Shown here: positions 10,637 to 23,386 of the stretch, one piece after another
How positions within the stretch are numbered: position 1 is the stretch's first letter
How the letters are laid out: each line of letters opens with the position of its first letter
From: Terriglobia bacterium
GTDB taxonomy: Bacteria; Acidobacteriota; Terriglobia; 20CM-2-55-15
Direction of reading: 5' to 3'
NCBI GenBank assembly: GCA_965218585.1
Contig: CBDCLE010000004.1
Location: 64,001-128,000 of the forward strand
DNA: 64,000 nucleotides
Position numbers and translations under genes: made by a program
Notes under the pieces: generated by a model
What the model was told of the DNA's origin: nothing
Database searches by the model: none
What the model saw: the letters and a program-made list of their open reading frames with translations, nothing else

Positions 10637-11068
10637 TCAGTCTTCTCCCTCGTCTTCGACTTCCTCAAGAATCTCATCCAGAATCGGAATGTTCTCCGCA
10701 TCCGGCGAACCTGACGGAAGCGACAGGATGTAAGCATAAATATCAGCCAGGTTCTGGTCCGTCGCCTCGTCCTGCTGGTAGGGGGGCATTCGCCTCGGAT
10801 TGGATGGGTTGCGCAGGTATGCGATGAACCCCTCTTGTGTCCTGAACATCGGGTTCAGGCGCGGAGCCAGTCCGGTCTCGCCCGTGTATCCGTGGCACCC
10901 GTAGCAGGTATAAGTCTTAAACAACTCAGCACCGTTCTCCGAATCGCCGGTGAGGTCTCCCGGACCCTGTGCCCCGGCCGGGATGACGGGTAAAGTCATC
11001 GCGATAGCCATAAGGAGAACGATCCACATTCCATTGGCCGAATAGATCAGATCAACAATTCGTTTCAC
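10637..11068 (-). CDS. Exported monoheme c-type cytochrome
   Basis: Signal peptide, CYGCH heme motif and distal Met (RRMPPY); strong RBS (GGAGGA). Confidence 0.9.
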   Translation of the reverse strand: MKRIVDLIYSANGMWIVLLMAIAMTLPVIPAGAQGPGDLTGDSENGAELFKTYTCYGCHGYTGETGLAPRLNPMFRTQEGFIAYLRNPSNPRRMPPYQQDEATDQNLADIYAYILSLPSGSPDAENIPILDEILEEVEDEGED

Positions 11069-11079
11069 GTTTTCCTCCT

Positions 11080-12969
11080 TTATCTTGGCTGAGTAACGAC
11101 GTCGATCAATGCCGGTTCACCCGCCCGGACACGCTCCAGTGCAGCGGCAAGTGCAGGACGCAGGTCGTTCGGGTTATCGATCGGGCCCGAGCTGTACATA
11201 CCGTACGCCTTGGCCATCTGTGCATAGTCGATGTTCGGGTCCTTGATTGTAGTACCGATGTCGGCCCGATCCACACCGCGATTCCGGGCTGCACACTGCT
11301 GCTGCAGGAACATAGTTTCCTGATGATATGCACGATTGTTGTGCACGATGGTGAGCAGGGGGATCTCGTGATGGCAGGCAGTCCACAGAATTCCCGGTGC
11401 ATAGTTCAGGTCGCCGTCGCAATTGATGTTGACCGTCAACCGGCCATACTTTCTGTTCGCGAGGGCCGCACCAACCGACGCGGGAGCCGTATAGCCGATG
11501 CCGCCGCCACCCTGACCTCCAATGGCATGGTAAGTCTTGTTCATATCCCACAGACGACCGGGCCAGCCGCCGATGAACCCTTGTGGTGAAGTAAATGACC
11601 AGTCGTCGCTCTGGATCAGCGGCCAGAGTTCGCCTGCGATCCGGGCCAGACTCACCGGGCTCGAGTTCCATCCATAGCGCGCGTTCGAAATCGCCCGCTT
11701 TCGGGATTCCAGATTGGCAGCTGCGACCTGGGCTCCTCTCTCTTCGAAGAAGCGTCTCCGGTCATCGGTAATGATCTTGGCGACTTCTTCTATCAGAGCA
11801 GGGAGCGTGGCTTCGGCGTCAGCAGCAATCAGGAGATCGGCATTTCCCGCTCCGTTGCTGTTCACGTTGTAATTGCTGGTGACGAGGAATTCCGTCGATG
11901 TGATCGAGATCGTCTTCACTCCTTCAACCGTGAGCTGCCCCCCACGACTCCGGACTTCGAGATTCAGGATGACGTCCGGCTGGCCCGTACCCGTCCCTGC
12001 CAGCGGGTGACGGGATGGGAAGTTCACGAATCCGCCGGTATCATTGACGGGGGCCTGAATCAATTCGGCCAGCTCCACGAGCAGATCGATACCATGCTGT
12101 GTTCGTGCCGATCGGGAGGTGTTGATTCTGGGATTTTCGGCATCAACCAGGAGGCGAGCGATCTCCCGTACCGAACCCAGATCCGCGCTCGGGAACTTGG
12201 GCATCGAAAACGACGGCACCGAGGGATTGCCTTCGAGCGGCTGCTTCTGGATCTCGGCAGTCGAAACCAGCAGCACAGGCGCCATCGGCGGTGTTGTGGC
12301 TATGGTGTAGGCACGCATGGCGGAGCGGGCGAAGCCCTCGAGGGAAGACGGCTGATCGTCCCACTTTACGAAATCGCGCACCATGGCCGCCATGTCTATG
12401 GCGTTGTGGGCCGCCACCGGGCCATCGTAGTCGAGACCCGCAACAATATAGATGGGGACACGGTCGACATATGCGTTGTACATCGCCATCGAACCGTGCT
12501 GAAGACCAATCGGACCGTGAAGCAGCGCCATCATCGGCTTGCCTTCGATCTTCGCGTAACCGTGTGCCATTGCCACTGCCGACTCTTCGTGTAATCACGT
12601 TAAGAATTCCGGCATCCGGTTATCTCCGTAATTGACCATCGATTCCTGCAATCCTTCGAAGCTGGATCCGGGATTGGAGGCACAGTATTCGAGGTCGAGC
12701 GCCCGGAGTACATCGACCATGTAGTCGGATCCCGGCTTTTCGACGATGTACTGATCGACAGCGTCGCTACGGCTGAATGCCTGTGTTTCAGTTGCGATCT
12801 GTTCTTCGGTGGGAGGCAACACGGATGGAAGGGCCGGGGTCGCTGCTTCCCCGCCCTGCGTGGGAGCTGCAAACGCTGCGGCACCCGCAGCTGCGCCGAC
12901 AGCGGCACCCTTCAAAAATCCTCGCCGATCCAGAGGATGTTTCTTTGATTTCTTCGATACCTTGGCCAC
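11080..12969 (-). CDS. Tat-exported thiamine-diphosphate-dependent enzyme (acetolactate synthase/benzoylformate decarboxylase superfamily) with in-frame TGA at 12597-12595
   Basis: Twin-arginine signal LDRRGFLKGAA; NPGSSFEGL; PEFLT*LHEESAVAMAHGY; ThDP motif GDGD...HNN. The two ORF-track pieces are in one frame, separated only by TGA. Confidence 0.85.
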
Positions 12970-13183
12970 GGTTCTATCTCCTTGCTTACCTTCACCAACA
13001 CCTGCTTTGGCTCAAAGCGGGTGCCAGCAAGCTGCTTCGGGTTTCCAGCCACACTTGATCAAATGAGAATGTCGCAGGATGCTTCGAAAACGTCGAGGGA
13101 GTCAAGACAAACAATAGGATGGATGGTGTGCTCTCGGACGGCGCCCAGAATCGCAAAGTCGAACGGAAAACCTACTTCCGCAA

Positions 13184-13909
13184 CTATTTGGTTTCCCGAG
13201 CAGCGCCGACGCTCTCGTCCCTGTCGATCTTTCCATCGAGTATGTGGACGATTCGGTGCGCGGAACGGGCGACATGATCCTCGTGCGTCACGAGAATAAT
13301 GGTGTTTCCGTCTTCGTGAAGACGCTGGAACAGCTGCATGATTTCGGCCCCCGTCTTGGAATCGAGGTTTCCTGTGGGTTCATCGGCCAAAAGAATAGAA
13401 GGACGATTGACCAGCGCCCGGGCAATCGCCACGCGTTGACGTTGGCCACCGGAAAGCTCGCTGGGCCAATGACTCTTACGGTCAACGAGTTCAACCATCT
13501 CCAGAGCTTCGAAGACGCGTTCCCTTCGCTCCTGTGCGGACATGCCGCTGTATATCAACGGCAACTCGACGTTCTGCAGTGCGCTAGCACGAGGCAGCAG
13601 ATTGAATGTTTGAAAAACGAATCCGATTTCCTTATTGCGGATATGTGCCAGCTCGTCTTCATCCATGTCGCTCGCCAGTCTTCCGTTCAGCCAGTATTGG
13701 CCCTGGGTCGGAGTGTCGAGACAACCGATCAGGTTCATCAAGGTGGACTTGCCCGAGCCGGACGGCCCCATGATGGCGACGTATTCGTTAGGCTGAATGT
13801 GAAAGGTAACGCCCTGGAGTGCGTGGATAACATTGTCCACGCCCATCGTGTAGGTCTTCCAGAGATCTTCGGTGCGGATTATCTCGCTGGCTGGTTCACG
13901 AGCTTTCAT
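13184..13909 (-). CDS. ABC transporter ATP-binding protein (MacB-like)
   Basis: [16 protein letters not shown] and ADEPTGNLD motifs; likely ATG at 13909. Confidence 0.92.
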   Translation of the reverse strand: MKAREPASEIIRTEDLWKTYTMGVDNVIHALQGVTFHIQPNEYVAIMGPSGSGKSTLMNLIGCLDTPTQGQYWLNGRLASDMDEDELAHIRNKEIGFVFQTFNLLPRASALQNVELPLIYSGMSAQERRERVFEALEMVELVDRKSHWPSELSGGQRQRVAIARALVNRPSILLADEPTGNLDSKTGAEIMQLFQRLHEDGNTIILVTHEDHVARSAHRIVHILDGKIDRDESVGAARETK

Positions 13910-15296
13910 CGTCTTCTTCGACCTTGACCCGTGTGTCCTCCTCGAGCGTTCGAAGAACCCGGTAGCTGCCGATAACAATTTCTTCGCCTTCGGCAAGACC
14001 GTTCAATACCTGGATGTCCGTGGTACCGACGATGCCGGTCTGAACCGGGCGAAACTCGACCGCTCCATCGGACATAACAAAAACGCCTTCCTGCTCGACC
14101 TTGACGGGTTCTCCGGGCCTGGAGTTGACGAAGACGGGGTTCTGGACAAAATCCGGCACATCTGCTTCATCGAGTTCACGAATCGTCAGCGCCTGTATTG
14201 GTATCGTGACGACGTTGGACTCTCCGGCTGTTTCGATAGTTGCCGTGCACGACAAGCCCGGACGTAATTCCTCCGGAGGCTCATCCAGCGTAATGACCAC
14301 CTTGAAGTCCTTGGCTTCGTCCGTAATGGGGGTGGTGGCGACAACACCCCCGCCACCTTCAGTCAACGCGGTGTTGCCGATTTCGGAAACGTAACCGCTG
14401 AGAACACGGTTGCCCAATGCGTCCACGCGAACTTCTGTCCTCTGCCCGAGTTTGAGATTCACGATGTCGGTCTCGTCCACCCGCAGTTCGGCTGTAATCA
14501 CCGACAGGTCCGCGATCGTCATCAACGTCGTCCCGGGCTGGTTTTGCATGCCCACGATGGCGATCTCGCCTTGGTTGACCGGCAAGTAGGTAATCACTCC
14601 CGCCAGCGGAGAGGTAATCGTCGTCTTGCTCAGTTCATCCCTGGCGCGTGTCAGGGCCGCACGGTGCTGTCCCATTGCAAACGTCAAGCCGTCACGCGCG
14701 CTCAGAATACGTGCCAGTTCAGCGTCGGCCTGGCCGATGCGCGCATCCGCCGCTTCGATCTGGGCAACGGCTACCTGAAACGTCGATTCCTGTCGATCGA
14801 ATTGTTCGCGGGAGATCAGCCCTCCTTCCAATAACTCCTGGGCGCGCTTGAATTCCTGCTCCGATCGTGTAAAGTCCGCCTCGATTCGCCGTCTCTCCGC
14901 TTCGGCGCTGACCACGGATGCTTCAGCCGATCGGATCGAGGCCTCCGTCCCTTCCAGTTCAGACGCCGCTGCGTCCAGGCTCGCCTCCGCGCTCAACACT
15001 GCGGATTCGGTCTGCACCGATTCGATCTGCGCCAGAAACTCCGACTCTTCTACACTATCGCCTTCGCTCACCGGCAGGTTCACGATGCGACCAAAAGCGT
15101 TTGAGCTGATGTTGACGTACTGCTTAGGCCGGATCTCACCGTTGGCCGTAACGGACTGCACAAGGTCCTGCCGGGCCACACGCTCCGTTTCGACCGTCAC
15201 GATCTCGCGGTTCCGGCGCGCGACGGCAAAAGCTACTGCCCCACCGACAATGGCGACGAGGATCACGGCAATTAGAAGCTTCTTCATCAGGTTCAT
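13896..15296 (-). CDS. Efflux periplasmic adaptor (MacA/HlyD family)
   Basis: N-terminal TM, lipoyl halves flanking a long coiled coil, [10 protein letters not shown] and [11 protein letters not shown]. Confidence 0.9.
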   Translation of the reverse strand: MNLMKKLLIAVILVAIVGGAVAFAVARRNREIVTVETERVARQDLVQSVTANGEIRPKQYVNISSNAFGRIVNLPVSEGDSVEESEFLAQIESVQTESAVLSAEASLDAAASELEGTEASIRSAEASVVSAEAERRRIEADFTRSEQEFKRAQELLEGGLISREQFDRQESTFQVAVAQIEAADARIGQADAELARILSARDGLTFAMGQHRAALTRARDELSKTTITSPLAGVITYLPVNQGEIAIVGMQNQPGTTLMTIADLSVITAELRVDETDIVNLKLGQRTEVRVDALGNRVLSGYVSEIGNTALTEGGGGVVATTPITDEAKDFKVVITLDEPPEELRPGLSCTATIETAGESNVVTIPIQALTIRELDEADVPDFVQNPVFVNSRPGEPVKVEQEGVFVMSDGAVEFRPVQTGIVGTTDIQVLNGLAEGEEIVIGSYRVLRTLEEDTRVKVEEDDESS

Positions 15297-15371
15297 ACAT
15301 CTTTGACGGACCGGGAGGCGAAAAAGTTCCCTATCCAGCCATAGCTACGTAGCAAAAGTTCATCAACAGCG

Positions 15372-16736
15372 GAGGTCATTACAAAAGGTGTGTAAAAGTC
15401 ATCAGGCGGCGGCCTTCGATTTCATCACGACTCTGATGCCGTCAGCGAATTGCTGACCATCATAGACCTCTTGTAAGAGTTCGGATCCTTTTAAGTGTCG
15501 CCAAGCCTTCTCAGCGACACGTAGTAGCTTCCAGATCATTGCCGTTGCATTCTCGACACGCTTGAATCGGCGAGCGGCGTTGGTGCGGAGGCGAACCATG
15601 TCGAAGGGCGATTCGACGATGTTGGTTGTTCTCAGATGCACCCAGTGTTGTTTCGGGAACTCATAGAAAGTAATCATCCGGTCCCAGTCCCGCAACAGCG
15701 TCTCACCCGCTTTGGGATAGTTCTTCTCATATCGGCGGACGAACTGATCCCGCTTTCGTTCGCAGGCCGCGCGGGAGTTCGCGAAGGCCATCCCATGGAG
15801 CAGCTGTCTGGCCGCGGGCTGCTCGGTCTTCGGCAGATGATCGACCACGTTGATCGACTTGTGGTTCCAGCAGCGTTGTTCCTGGCCCTGGGGCTGTTGC
15901 TCGGCCAGCGCGGACCAGATGCCCAGGTGACCGTCCGCGACAGTCAGCCGTCCCAGCTTCAGGCCCCGTCTCTGGAGATTGCGCAGAATGCGGCTCCAGG
16001 ACTCCTTGCTTTCCCGCTGCCCGCTCTCACAGGCCAACAGCACTTTGCGCCCGTCTGACAAGGCTCCGATGATCACCAGCAATGCCGCTCGCTCTTTCGC
16101 GATCCCCGCTTTCACGTACAAGCCGTCTGCCCACTGGTACACGACCTCGAGGCCGGACAGGTCCTGCTGGACCCACTCGTCATACTCCAACTGCCAGGTC
16201 GATTTCAGTCGTTGGATCGATGCTCGCGACAACGGAGCGCCAGCGCCAAGCAGTCCGCGCATGGCCTGCTCGAAGTCCCCTGTGGCCAGACCGTGGAGGT
16301 AGAGATCGGGAAGTAGCTCGCCCAGCTGTTTCGATTTCCGTCGAAAATACGGCAGGATCTGACTCTCGAACCGCTCGGCGGTGTTTCGAACCCGAGGTCG
16401 TCGAACCTCCATCGTACCGTTCATCATTGCGAAGCGTCGCGGCTTCCCGTGACCGTTCCGGTATCCTCGTCGATTCGGACTCCGCTCCGACTTTTCCCGA
16501 CCCAGAAATTGAGTGACTTCGTCCTCGAGCAGCTCCTGTAGCCAGACTTGGACCCGGGATCGCGCCCAGTCCTCCAAACCTTCATACGCGTTCGTTGACG
16601 CCACTGATGCCGGTATGTTCTTCTTCTTCATGGGTGGTGTACCTTTCTCCCGATTGCTGCCGGGATTGCTTACGGTTTCGAATTCACCGAAAGCGTACAC
16701 CGCCTTCTCTTTTTACACACCGATTGGAACGACCTC
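15372..16736 (-). mobile_element. IS256-family element, complete, 1365 bp
   Basis: IRs GAGGTCATTACAAAAGGTGTGTAAAA / GAGGTCGTTCCAATCGGTGTGTAAAA; 8-bp TSD CAACAGCG at 15364-15371 and 16737-16744. Confidence 0.95.
15402..16631 (-). CDS. IS256-family (Mutator-like) DDE transposase
   Basis: YRNGH, WADGLY, VADGHLG, QRCWNHK and LRTTNIVES motifs; likely start MKKKN at 16631. Confidence 0.93.
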   Translation of the reverse strand: MKKKNIPASVASTNAYEGLEDWARSRVQVWLQELLEDEVTQFLGREKSERSPNRRGYRNGHGKPRRFAMMNGTMEVRRPRVRNTAERFESQILPYFRRKSKQLGELLPDLYLHGLATGDFEQAMRGLLGAGAPLSRASIQRLKSTWQLEYDEWVQQDLSGLEVVYQWADGLYVKAGIAKERAALLVIIGALSDGRKVLLACESGQRESKESWSRILRNLQRRGLKLGRLTVADGHLGIWSALAEQQPQGQEQRCWNHKSINVVDHLPKTEQPAARQLLHGMAFANSRAACERKRDQFVRRYEKNYPKAGETLLRDWDRMITFYEFPKQHWVHLRTTNIVESPFDMVRLRTNAARRFKRVENATAMIWKLLRVAEKAWRHLKGSELLQEVYDGQQFADGIRVVMKSKAAA

Positions 16737-17137
16737 CAACAGCGCTTCAATAAGGATACATCTGAAGCGGCGACAAGTTCACTCAATGAGACACAATTCG
16801 TCGAAAACGTTCGTAACTCGAAATAAATACCCACAGAAATCAAAGTAAATGTTTTCTCCGTTAACATCCCTCCAATAAGATTTTCGATTCACTTTAGATT
16901 TTTTTGAAAAAAGAATTTCGATTACTGATTTCGGTCAAACAGACGCTGCTGTCTTGAAACGCTTATACAGTGTGGCTTTCAACGCGTGCATCATCGACTG
17001 CTCTTAATGGTTTTTTGTTTTCAAAAGGAAATGTAATTTTTATTTTGAATTTTGTGATCACTTATCTTACAAATAACCACACAAGTTGCTTACCCAAGTT
17101 AGGTGAGCAAGTGTTGTAAAGAGAGAAAAGGACTCAT

Positions 17138-17167
17138 AGCCCCGTCGTCTGGCGGGGCTTTTTTGTT
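17138..17167 (+). terminator. Rho-independent terminator
   Basis: AGCCCCGTC-GTCT-GGCGGGGCT hairpin followed by a T-tract. Confidence 0.75.
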
Positions 17168-17188
17168 GGGGGATTCTACGGACCGCCG

Positions 17189-18430
17189 TCAGTGGATAGT
17201 TTCCACTTTCTTCTTGAGGTAGTCCATCAACAAATATTGACCTAGTGTCGACGTCGAAGTGAAGTAAGCCTTCCCGCGTGCAATCTCGGTCACCTTCTTG
17301 ACGAACTCCACCAGATAGTGGTCGTTTGCCAGCATGAACGTGTTGATCAGGATGCCTGCCTTTCGGCAGATGGCCACTTCCTTGAAGGTCTCTTCGAGGA
17401 TTACCGGATCCAGACCAAAAGCATTCTTGTATATGCGCCCGTTGGGGAGGGTCATGGCCGAGGGCTTTCCGTCGGTGATCATGATGATCTGGCGCATGTC
17501 CTTCTTTTCCGCCATCAGGAGCTTCCGCGCGAGTCGCAGGCCTTCTCGCGTGTTCGTGTGGTACGGGCCTACGACAACGCGGGCGAGCTTCTTGAACGGA
17601 ATTTCCTCCGCTGAATCGTGGAACAGCACCATCCGGAGCGAATCGCCCGGATACTGTGTCCGGATCAGGTGAGACAAAGCCAGGGCGACGCGCTTGGCCG
17701 GCGTGAAGCGGTCTTCGCCATAGAGAATCATGCTGTGGCTGGTGTCGAGCATCAAGACCGTGGCACATGAGCTTTCATAGTCCGCCTGATGCACCTGAAG
17801 ATCGTCGCTCTCGAGGTTGATCGGCACTCCCAACCCTTCACGTGATATAGCGCTCAACAGGGTCTGACTGATATCGAGATTAAGCGTATCTCCGAATTCG
17901 TATGGCTTCGACGACTGGAATGCCTCCACACCGGTGGAGAGGTAGGCCGTTTCGTGACGCCCGAAGCTGCTCTTGCCCAACGAGCCGAGCAGGTGCCGCA
18001 ACGCCCGGAACCCAAGAAAGTCGATTGACTTGTCTGTGATTTCAAACCGGGCGAAGCCCGGTTCGCTTTCAGTAGGTTCCCCCTCCTGCGGCTGCGGTGG
18101 CGCGTCGCCTTCCATCTGCTCCTGCATCCATCCCTCATCCACCATTTGCCGGATCAACTCGTCCAGCATCTCGTCCATTTCCTTGGCCTCGCCCTCGGTT
18201 GGATCGTTCATCCACTCTTCCATCAGTTCAGGGGGGATCCGGCCCATTTCAACGAGCTTCTCCATGATGGCCTGTCGCAGCGCATCCATGTCTCGGGGGC
18301 GGGAAACGTCTTCAAAGCCGTACTGAAAACCGCTTTGCAAAAGGAAGTCCGAAAGAGAGTCGAGCAGGTCTTCGATACTCAGTCCGTCCAGCGGCGACGG
18401 CGTGTACTTTGTGTACTTGATCTTCGGCAT
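17189..18430 (-). CDS. vWA-domain protein (partner of the adjacent AAA+ ATPase)
   Basis: MIDAS motif DTSHSM, plus HTNT and MITDGKPS. Confidence 0.88.
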   Translation of the reverse strand: MPKIKYTKYTPSPLDGLSIEDLLDSLSDFLLQSGFQYGFEDVSRPRDMDALRQAIMEKLVEMGRIPPELMEEWMNDPTEGEAKEMDEMLDELIRQMVDEGWMQEQMEGDAPPQPQEGEPTESEPGFARFEITDKSIDFLGFRALRHLLGSLGKSSFGRHETAYLSTGVEAFQSSKPYEFGDTLNLDISQTLLSAISREGLGVPINLESDDLQVHQADYESSCATVLMLDTSHSMILYGEDRFTPAKRVALALSHLIRTQYPGDSLRMVLFHDSAEEIPFKKLARVVVGPYHTNTREGLRLARKLLMAEKKDMRQIIMITDGKPSAMTLPNGRIYKNAFGLDPVILEETFKEVAICRKAGILINTFMLANDHYLVEFVKKVTEIARGKAYFTSTSTLGQYLLMDYLKKKVETIH

Positions 18431-18464
18431 CGGTTTGAAATCAGAATCTCATTCGACCGGTGGG

Positions 18465-19946
<1,482 letters not shown>

Positions 19947-20019
19947 GCTCAAAATCCCCGTCTCACGTATATCTCAAAAGAAATCATCGCTGTCAAATCC
20001 GACGCCGACACTCCTCCGG

Positions 20020-20715
20020 TCAGGACAGGTACGACACACTGAAGAAGAGGAAGTTTGCAACGAAATGTGCTGCAATCGCGCTCTCGATGCCGCTTTTCAT
20101 AAATATAAATCCCAACATCAGGCCACCACAGAAAGCTCCGCTAAAACCGTTGACGTTGTGCGCCACGGCGAACAGGAGGGACGAAAGAACCAGGGCCATG
20201 GCTCGCGGAAGAACCGAGACAAGGACCGGCCAGACAGCCTTGACGTTCTGATACAGATGCTGCAGCAGGAACAGAAGGCACGACATTATGAATAGCCTGT
20301 AAACAACCTCCTCGAAGATACTCGAATCGAAAGAAATGAGGAACGAATCGTACACGTCTTCCATGTCCCGGATCCGGGGAACAATCAGCGGGCTGTAGCG
20401 GTTGATAAAAAAGAAGAGGTAGTTGATAAGACCGATCATGACGCCGGGCAGGATGCCATAGTTGAGAAGTTCCTGAAAATTAGCCCGGGCGTCATCCGAG
20501 GTCAGTATGATGGACCCTCTCATCTCGCTCTGGTTGGCAGAATACATCCCGAAGGCCGCAAAAACGGCCACGATTCCGAAGCGTGATACCATGATCCAGA
20601 GGAGAGATTCCGACCCCCGCTCAGCGTTGAGTTCCGAAAGTACGGCGGTGCCTGCTGCGATCCCGGCGAGGACAAGGCAGAAGCCAACGACAGATTTGGG
20701 GTTCATCGCGACCAT
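20020..20715 (-). CDS. CPBP (CAAX/Abi) intramembrane glutamic protease
   Basis: FEEVVYR, LFAVAH and AHFVAN motifs; multiple TMs; start uncertain. Confidence 0.85.
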   Translation of the reverse strand: MVAMNPKSVVGFCLVLAGIAAGTAVLSELNAERGSESLLWIMVSRFGIVAVFAAFGMYSANQSEMRGSIILTSDDARANFQELLNYGILPGVMIGLINYLFFFINRYSPLIVPRIRDMEDVYDSFLISFDSSIFEEVVYRLFIMSCLLFLLQHLYQNVKAVWPVLVSVLPRAMALVLSSLLFAVAHNVNGFSGAFCGGLMLGFIFMKSGIESAIAAHFVANFLFFSVSYLS

Positions 20716-20795
20716 GATACACCAAAGGAACACGAGCCACAGGGGGCGTAAAAAGCTCGATTCGCCACCGGTGAGGTCGGCGGCAGAACCCGGTC

Positions 20796-21542
20796 ATGCG
20801 ACGCCTTTTGCTCAGCGATATCCACGCCAACATGGAGGCACTCGACGCCTGTCTTGTTCGTGCCAACGAGATTGGTTTTGATTCAGTCCTTTGCTGTGGC
20901 GACATCGTTGGTTATGGCCCGGAACCGAATGAAGCGGTCGAGAAAGTCGCTGATCTTGAGGCTCTTACGATCCGAGGCAACCACGACCGGGTCGCCTGCG
21001 GGCAAGACGAACCGACCGGATTCAATCCCTACGCCAAGGCCGCCGCATTTTGGACCCGCGAAACCCTGACAGAAGAAAATCACGCTTACCTGCGCGCCCT
21101 TCCGATCGGCCCGCTCGATGTTGACGACGGTGCCCAACTGGTGCATGGCGCAGTGACTGACGAAGACGACTACATCATGTCGGAAAGTCACGCAGCGGAA
21201 AGCTTCGCAATGACCGAACGACATCTCACCTTCTTCGGGCATAGCCATCATCCAGGCGTCTACACATACGACAGATCGGCCAACATCGTCGAAGAGATCC
21301 TCAAGGATGAGGACGGATCAGTGACGATGCATCTACGAAACGACATGCAGTATCTGATCAATCCGGGATCAGTGGGTCAGCCGCGTGATGGGGATACGCG
21401 AGCCGCCTTCCTGATATGGGACAACGCCGAGCTTCGGCTGGAGTTCTACCGCGCCGAATACCCTTTCGAGATTACACAGGGGAAAATGCTGGAAGCCAGC
21501 CTTCCGCATTATCTGATTGATCGTCTGACATACGGACGCTAA
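20796..21542 (+). CDS. Metallophosphoesterase (calcineurin-like)
   Basis: SDIHAN, GDIVGYG, RGNHD, VHG, GHSH and NPGSVGQPRD motifs. Confidence 0.92.
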   Translation: MRRLLLSDIHANMEALDACLVRANEIGFDSVLCCGDIVGYGPEPNEAVEKVADLEALTIRGNHDRVACGQDEPTGFNPYAKAAAFWTRETLTEENHAYLRALPIGPLDVDDGAQLVHGAVTDEDDYIMSESHAAESFAMTERHLTFFGHSHHPGVYTYDRSANIVEEILKDEDGSVTMHLRNDMQYLINPGSVGQPRDGDTRAAFLIWDNAELRLEFYRAEYPFEITQGKMLEASLPHYLIDRLTYGR

Positions 21543-21586
21543 AGACGTGTGACTCGCTGCGCCGGAAATGTCAATGCATGGAACCT

Positions 21587-22021
21587 TCAGTATCCGATTC
21601 TGATAATCTCGACGTCCGGAACTCGGTAGTTCCAATCTTGAGGCAGGTTTTCGAACCGGAACGTGTAGAGACGCTCCTGGCCCGGAGGCAGCGGTGAACC
21701 CAGGCCCTGCTCCTCGGACTCCAGTACGACGTCACCGTCGAAACTGTTGAACGCCAGGTTCAACTCCACCGAACGCAAGGTTTGTTCGCTGACGTTGCGA
21801 ATCGTCCCTTCGATTATTCGAATCCTGTGACCCACAAAATTGGTGCTGGTCAGAATTCCGAGACGGGGCAACTCGGCGTAGGAGGAAAAGTCGGCTTCGT
21901 TGTCGACTAAGACAAGGGGTTCAGTGTCGGCCGCCGTTGGCTGGGAGGCGAGCCCCCAGAGGCCGATCAGGCCAAGGCCAAGCAGGAGAAAAGCTCCGAT
22001 GATGATGCGTGTCTGGGCCAT
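21587..22021 (-). CDS. Membrane-anchored Ig-like (FxLYD/DUF3426-like) protein
   Basis: N-terminal TM; IEGTIRNVS..L and PLPPGQER.YTFRFE pattern. Confidence 0.6.
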   Translation of the reverse strand: MAQTRIIIGAFLLLGLGLIGLWGLASQPTAADTEPLVLVDNEADFSSYAELPRLGILTSTNFVGHRIRIIEGTIRNVSEQTLRSVELNLAFNSFDGDVVLESEEQGLGSPLPPGQERLYTFRFENLPQDWNYRVPDVEIIRIGY

Positions 22022-22036
22022 CGAAGAAAAGAATAC

Positions 22037-23386
22037 CTAAAGATCACCCCACAAACCAGCTTCTCCTGACACCTCTTCGGGACCGGAAACCACCAGGGAA
22101 TAGTGCTCGGTGCTTAGATGCTGGGCAGCGACACGCGAAATGTCGCCGAGGGTCACGCCTTCGATATAGCCGGGATATTTCTCAACGTGGTCGAACCCCA
22201 AACCGAACACCTCCGCATTCACCAAGAATCGTGCGATTTGTGAATTTGATTCGAAGGCAAATACGAAGTTGCCGGTCAGATATGCCTTTGCATCGGCCAA
22301 CTCCTCGGAAGACACACCGCCGCTTACGACCGTTTGAATTTCCGTCTTGAAGCCCTCGATTGCTCTCCCGACATTCTCAGGGGAGGTTCCCATGTAAGCC
22401 AGGAACTTTCCCTGGTCTGTACCGGCCGAACTCGTGATGCTGGCGAAAGTCGTGTATGCCAACCCTTGCTCGTCTCTGAGCTTTCGGGGAATTCGTGCGG
22501 TAAGACCGGCACCTCCTCCGAGAATCGTATCGAGCACTTGCAGTGCATAAAAATCCGGATGCGTCCTCCGAACACCCAGATGCCCGAAGTAAATGTGTGC
22601 CTGCTCGCTGTCAACCTTCAGGAACTTCCGACGCACATCGCGCTGCCGCTCCAATACCTCCGTATTACCGTTCTCGATCTTGCCCGGTTTCCATCTTCCA
22701 AACACCGTTTCCAGCCGGGACAACATGTCTTTGGTCGCGAAATCGCCGACCACTGAGAGGATCGCGTTGTTAGGGTGGACGTAGCGTTGATGGAATTGAC
22801 CGAGATCTTCCTCGGTGATCTTTTCAATGGTCTCGGGGTAACCTTGCACCGGTCGGTGCAAGGGGTGGCCGCGATAAACGAGCTCGTTGAACTCCCATCC
22901 GGCGACAACCTGCGGTCTGTCCATCGCGCTGCGGATCTCGGTCAGGATTCGTTCCTTCTCTTTCGCCAGCGCCTCCTCTCGGAGAACTGGATTCATCACT
23001 ATATCGGCGACGAGCTCCAGTCCGAGATCGATGTCCTTGCTCAATACCCCAAGGAACGCGGAAACACGCTCGTAGGAACAATCGCAATCGATCGCCCCAC
23101 CGACGGACTCTATGGCTTCGGCGATCTCCAGCGACGTTCGTGTTCGCGTTCCCTCGTCAAGAAGGCGACTCAGCAAGACGGCGCTTCCCGCCCTCTCTTC
23201 CGGCTCCCGGCGGGCGCCCGCCATGACGCTGAGACTCAAGGAAACGGCCGGCAGCGAGGAGTTTTCGGCAAGGAAGACTTTGAGGCCGTTATCCAGGGTA
23301 AACCTCTCTGGATGGAAGGCGGTTGCCGCTCTGGGGGCTTTATCGATATCGCGACTGTTACGCCAGTGAGGTTGCGATGTCTTCAA
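22037..23386 (-). CDS. M16-family peptidase, non-catalytic subunit
   Basis: M16 fold motifs (LDNGL, LRDEQGLAY) but no HxxEH. Confidence 0.88.
   Translation of the reverse strand: MKTSQPHWRNSRDIDKAPRAATAFHPERFTLDNGLKVFLAENSSLPAVSLSLSVMAGARREPEERAGSAVLLSRLLDEGTRTRTSLEIAEAIESVGGAIDCDCSYERVSAFLGVLSKDIDLGLELVADIVMNPVLREEALAKEKERILTEIRSAMDRPQVVAGWEFNELVYRGHPLHRPVQGYPETIEKITEEDLGQFHQRYVHPNNAILSVVGDFATKDMLSRLETVFGRWKPGKIENGNTEVLERQRDVRRKFLKVDSEQAHIYFGHLGVRRTHPDFYALQVLDTILGGGAGLTARIPRKLRDEQGLAYTTFASITSSAGTDQGKFLAYMGTSPENVGRAIEGFKTEIQTVVSGGVSSEELADAKAYLTGNFVFAFESNSQIARFLVNAEVFGLGFDHVEKYPGYIEGVTLGDISRVAAQHLSTEHYSLVVSGPEEVSGEAGLWGDL

Noticed and set aside
16970-16992. Possible sigma-54 promoter TGGC...TGCA
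   Set aside because: The GG-to-GC spacing is not the required 10 nt.
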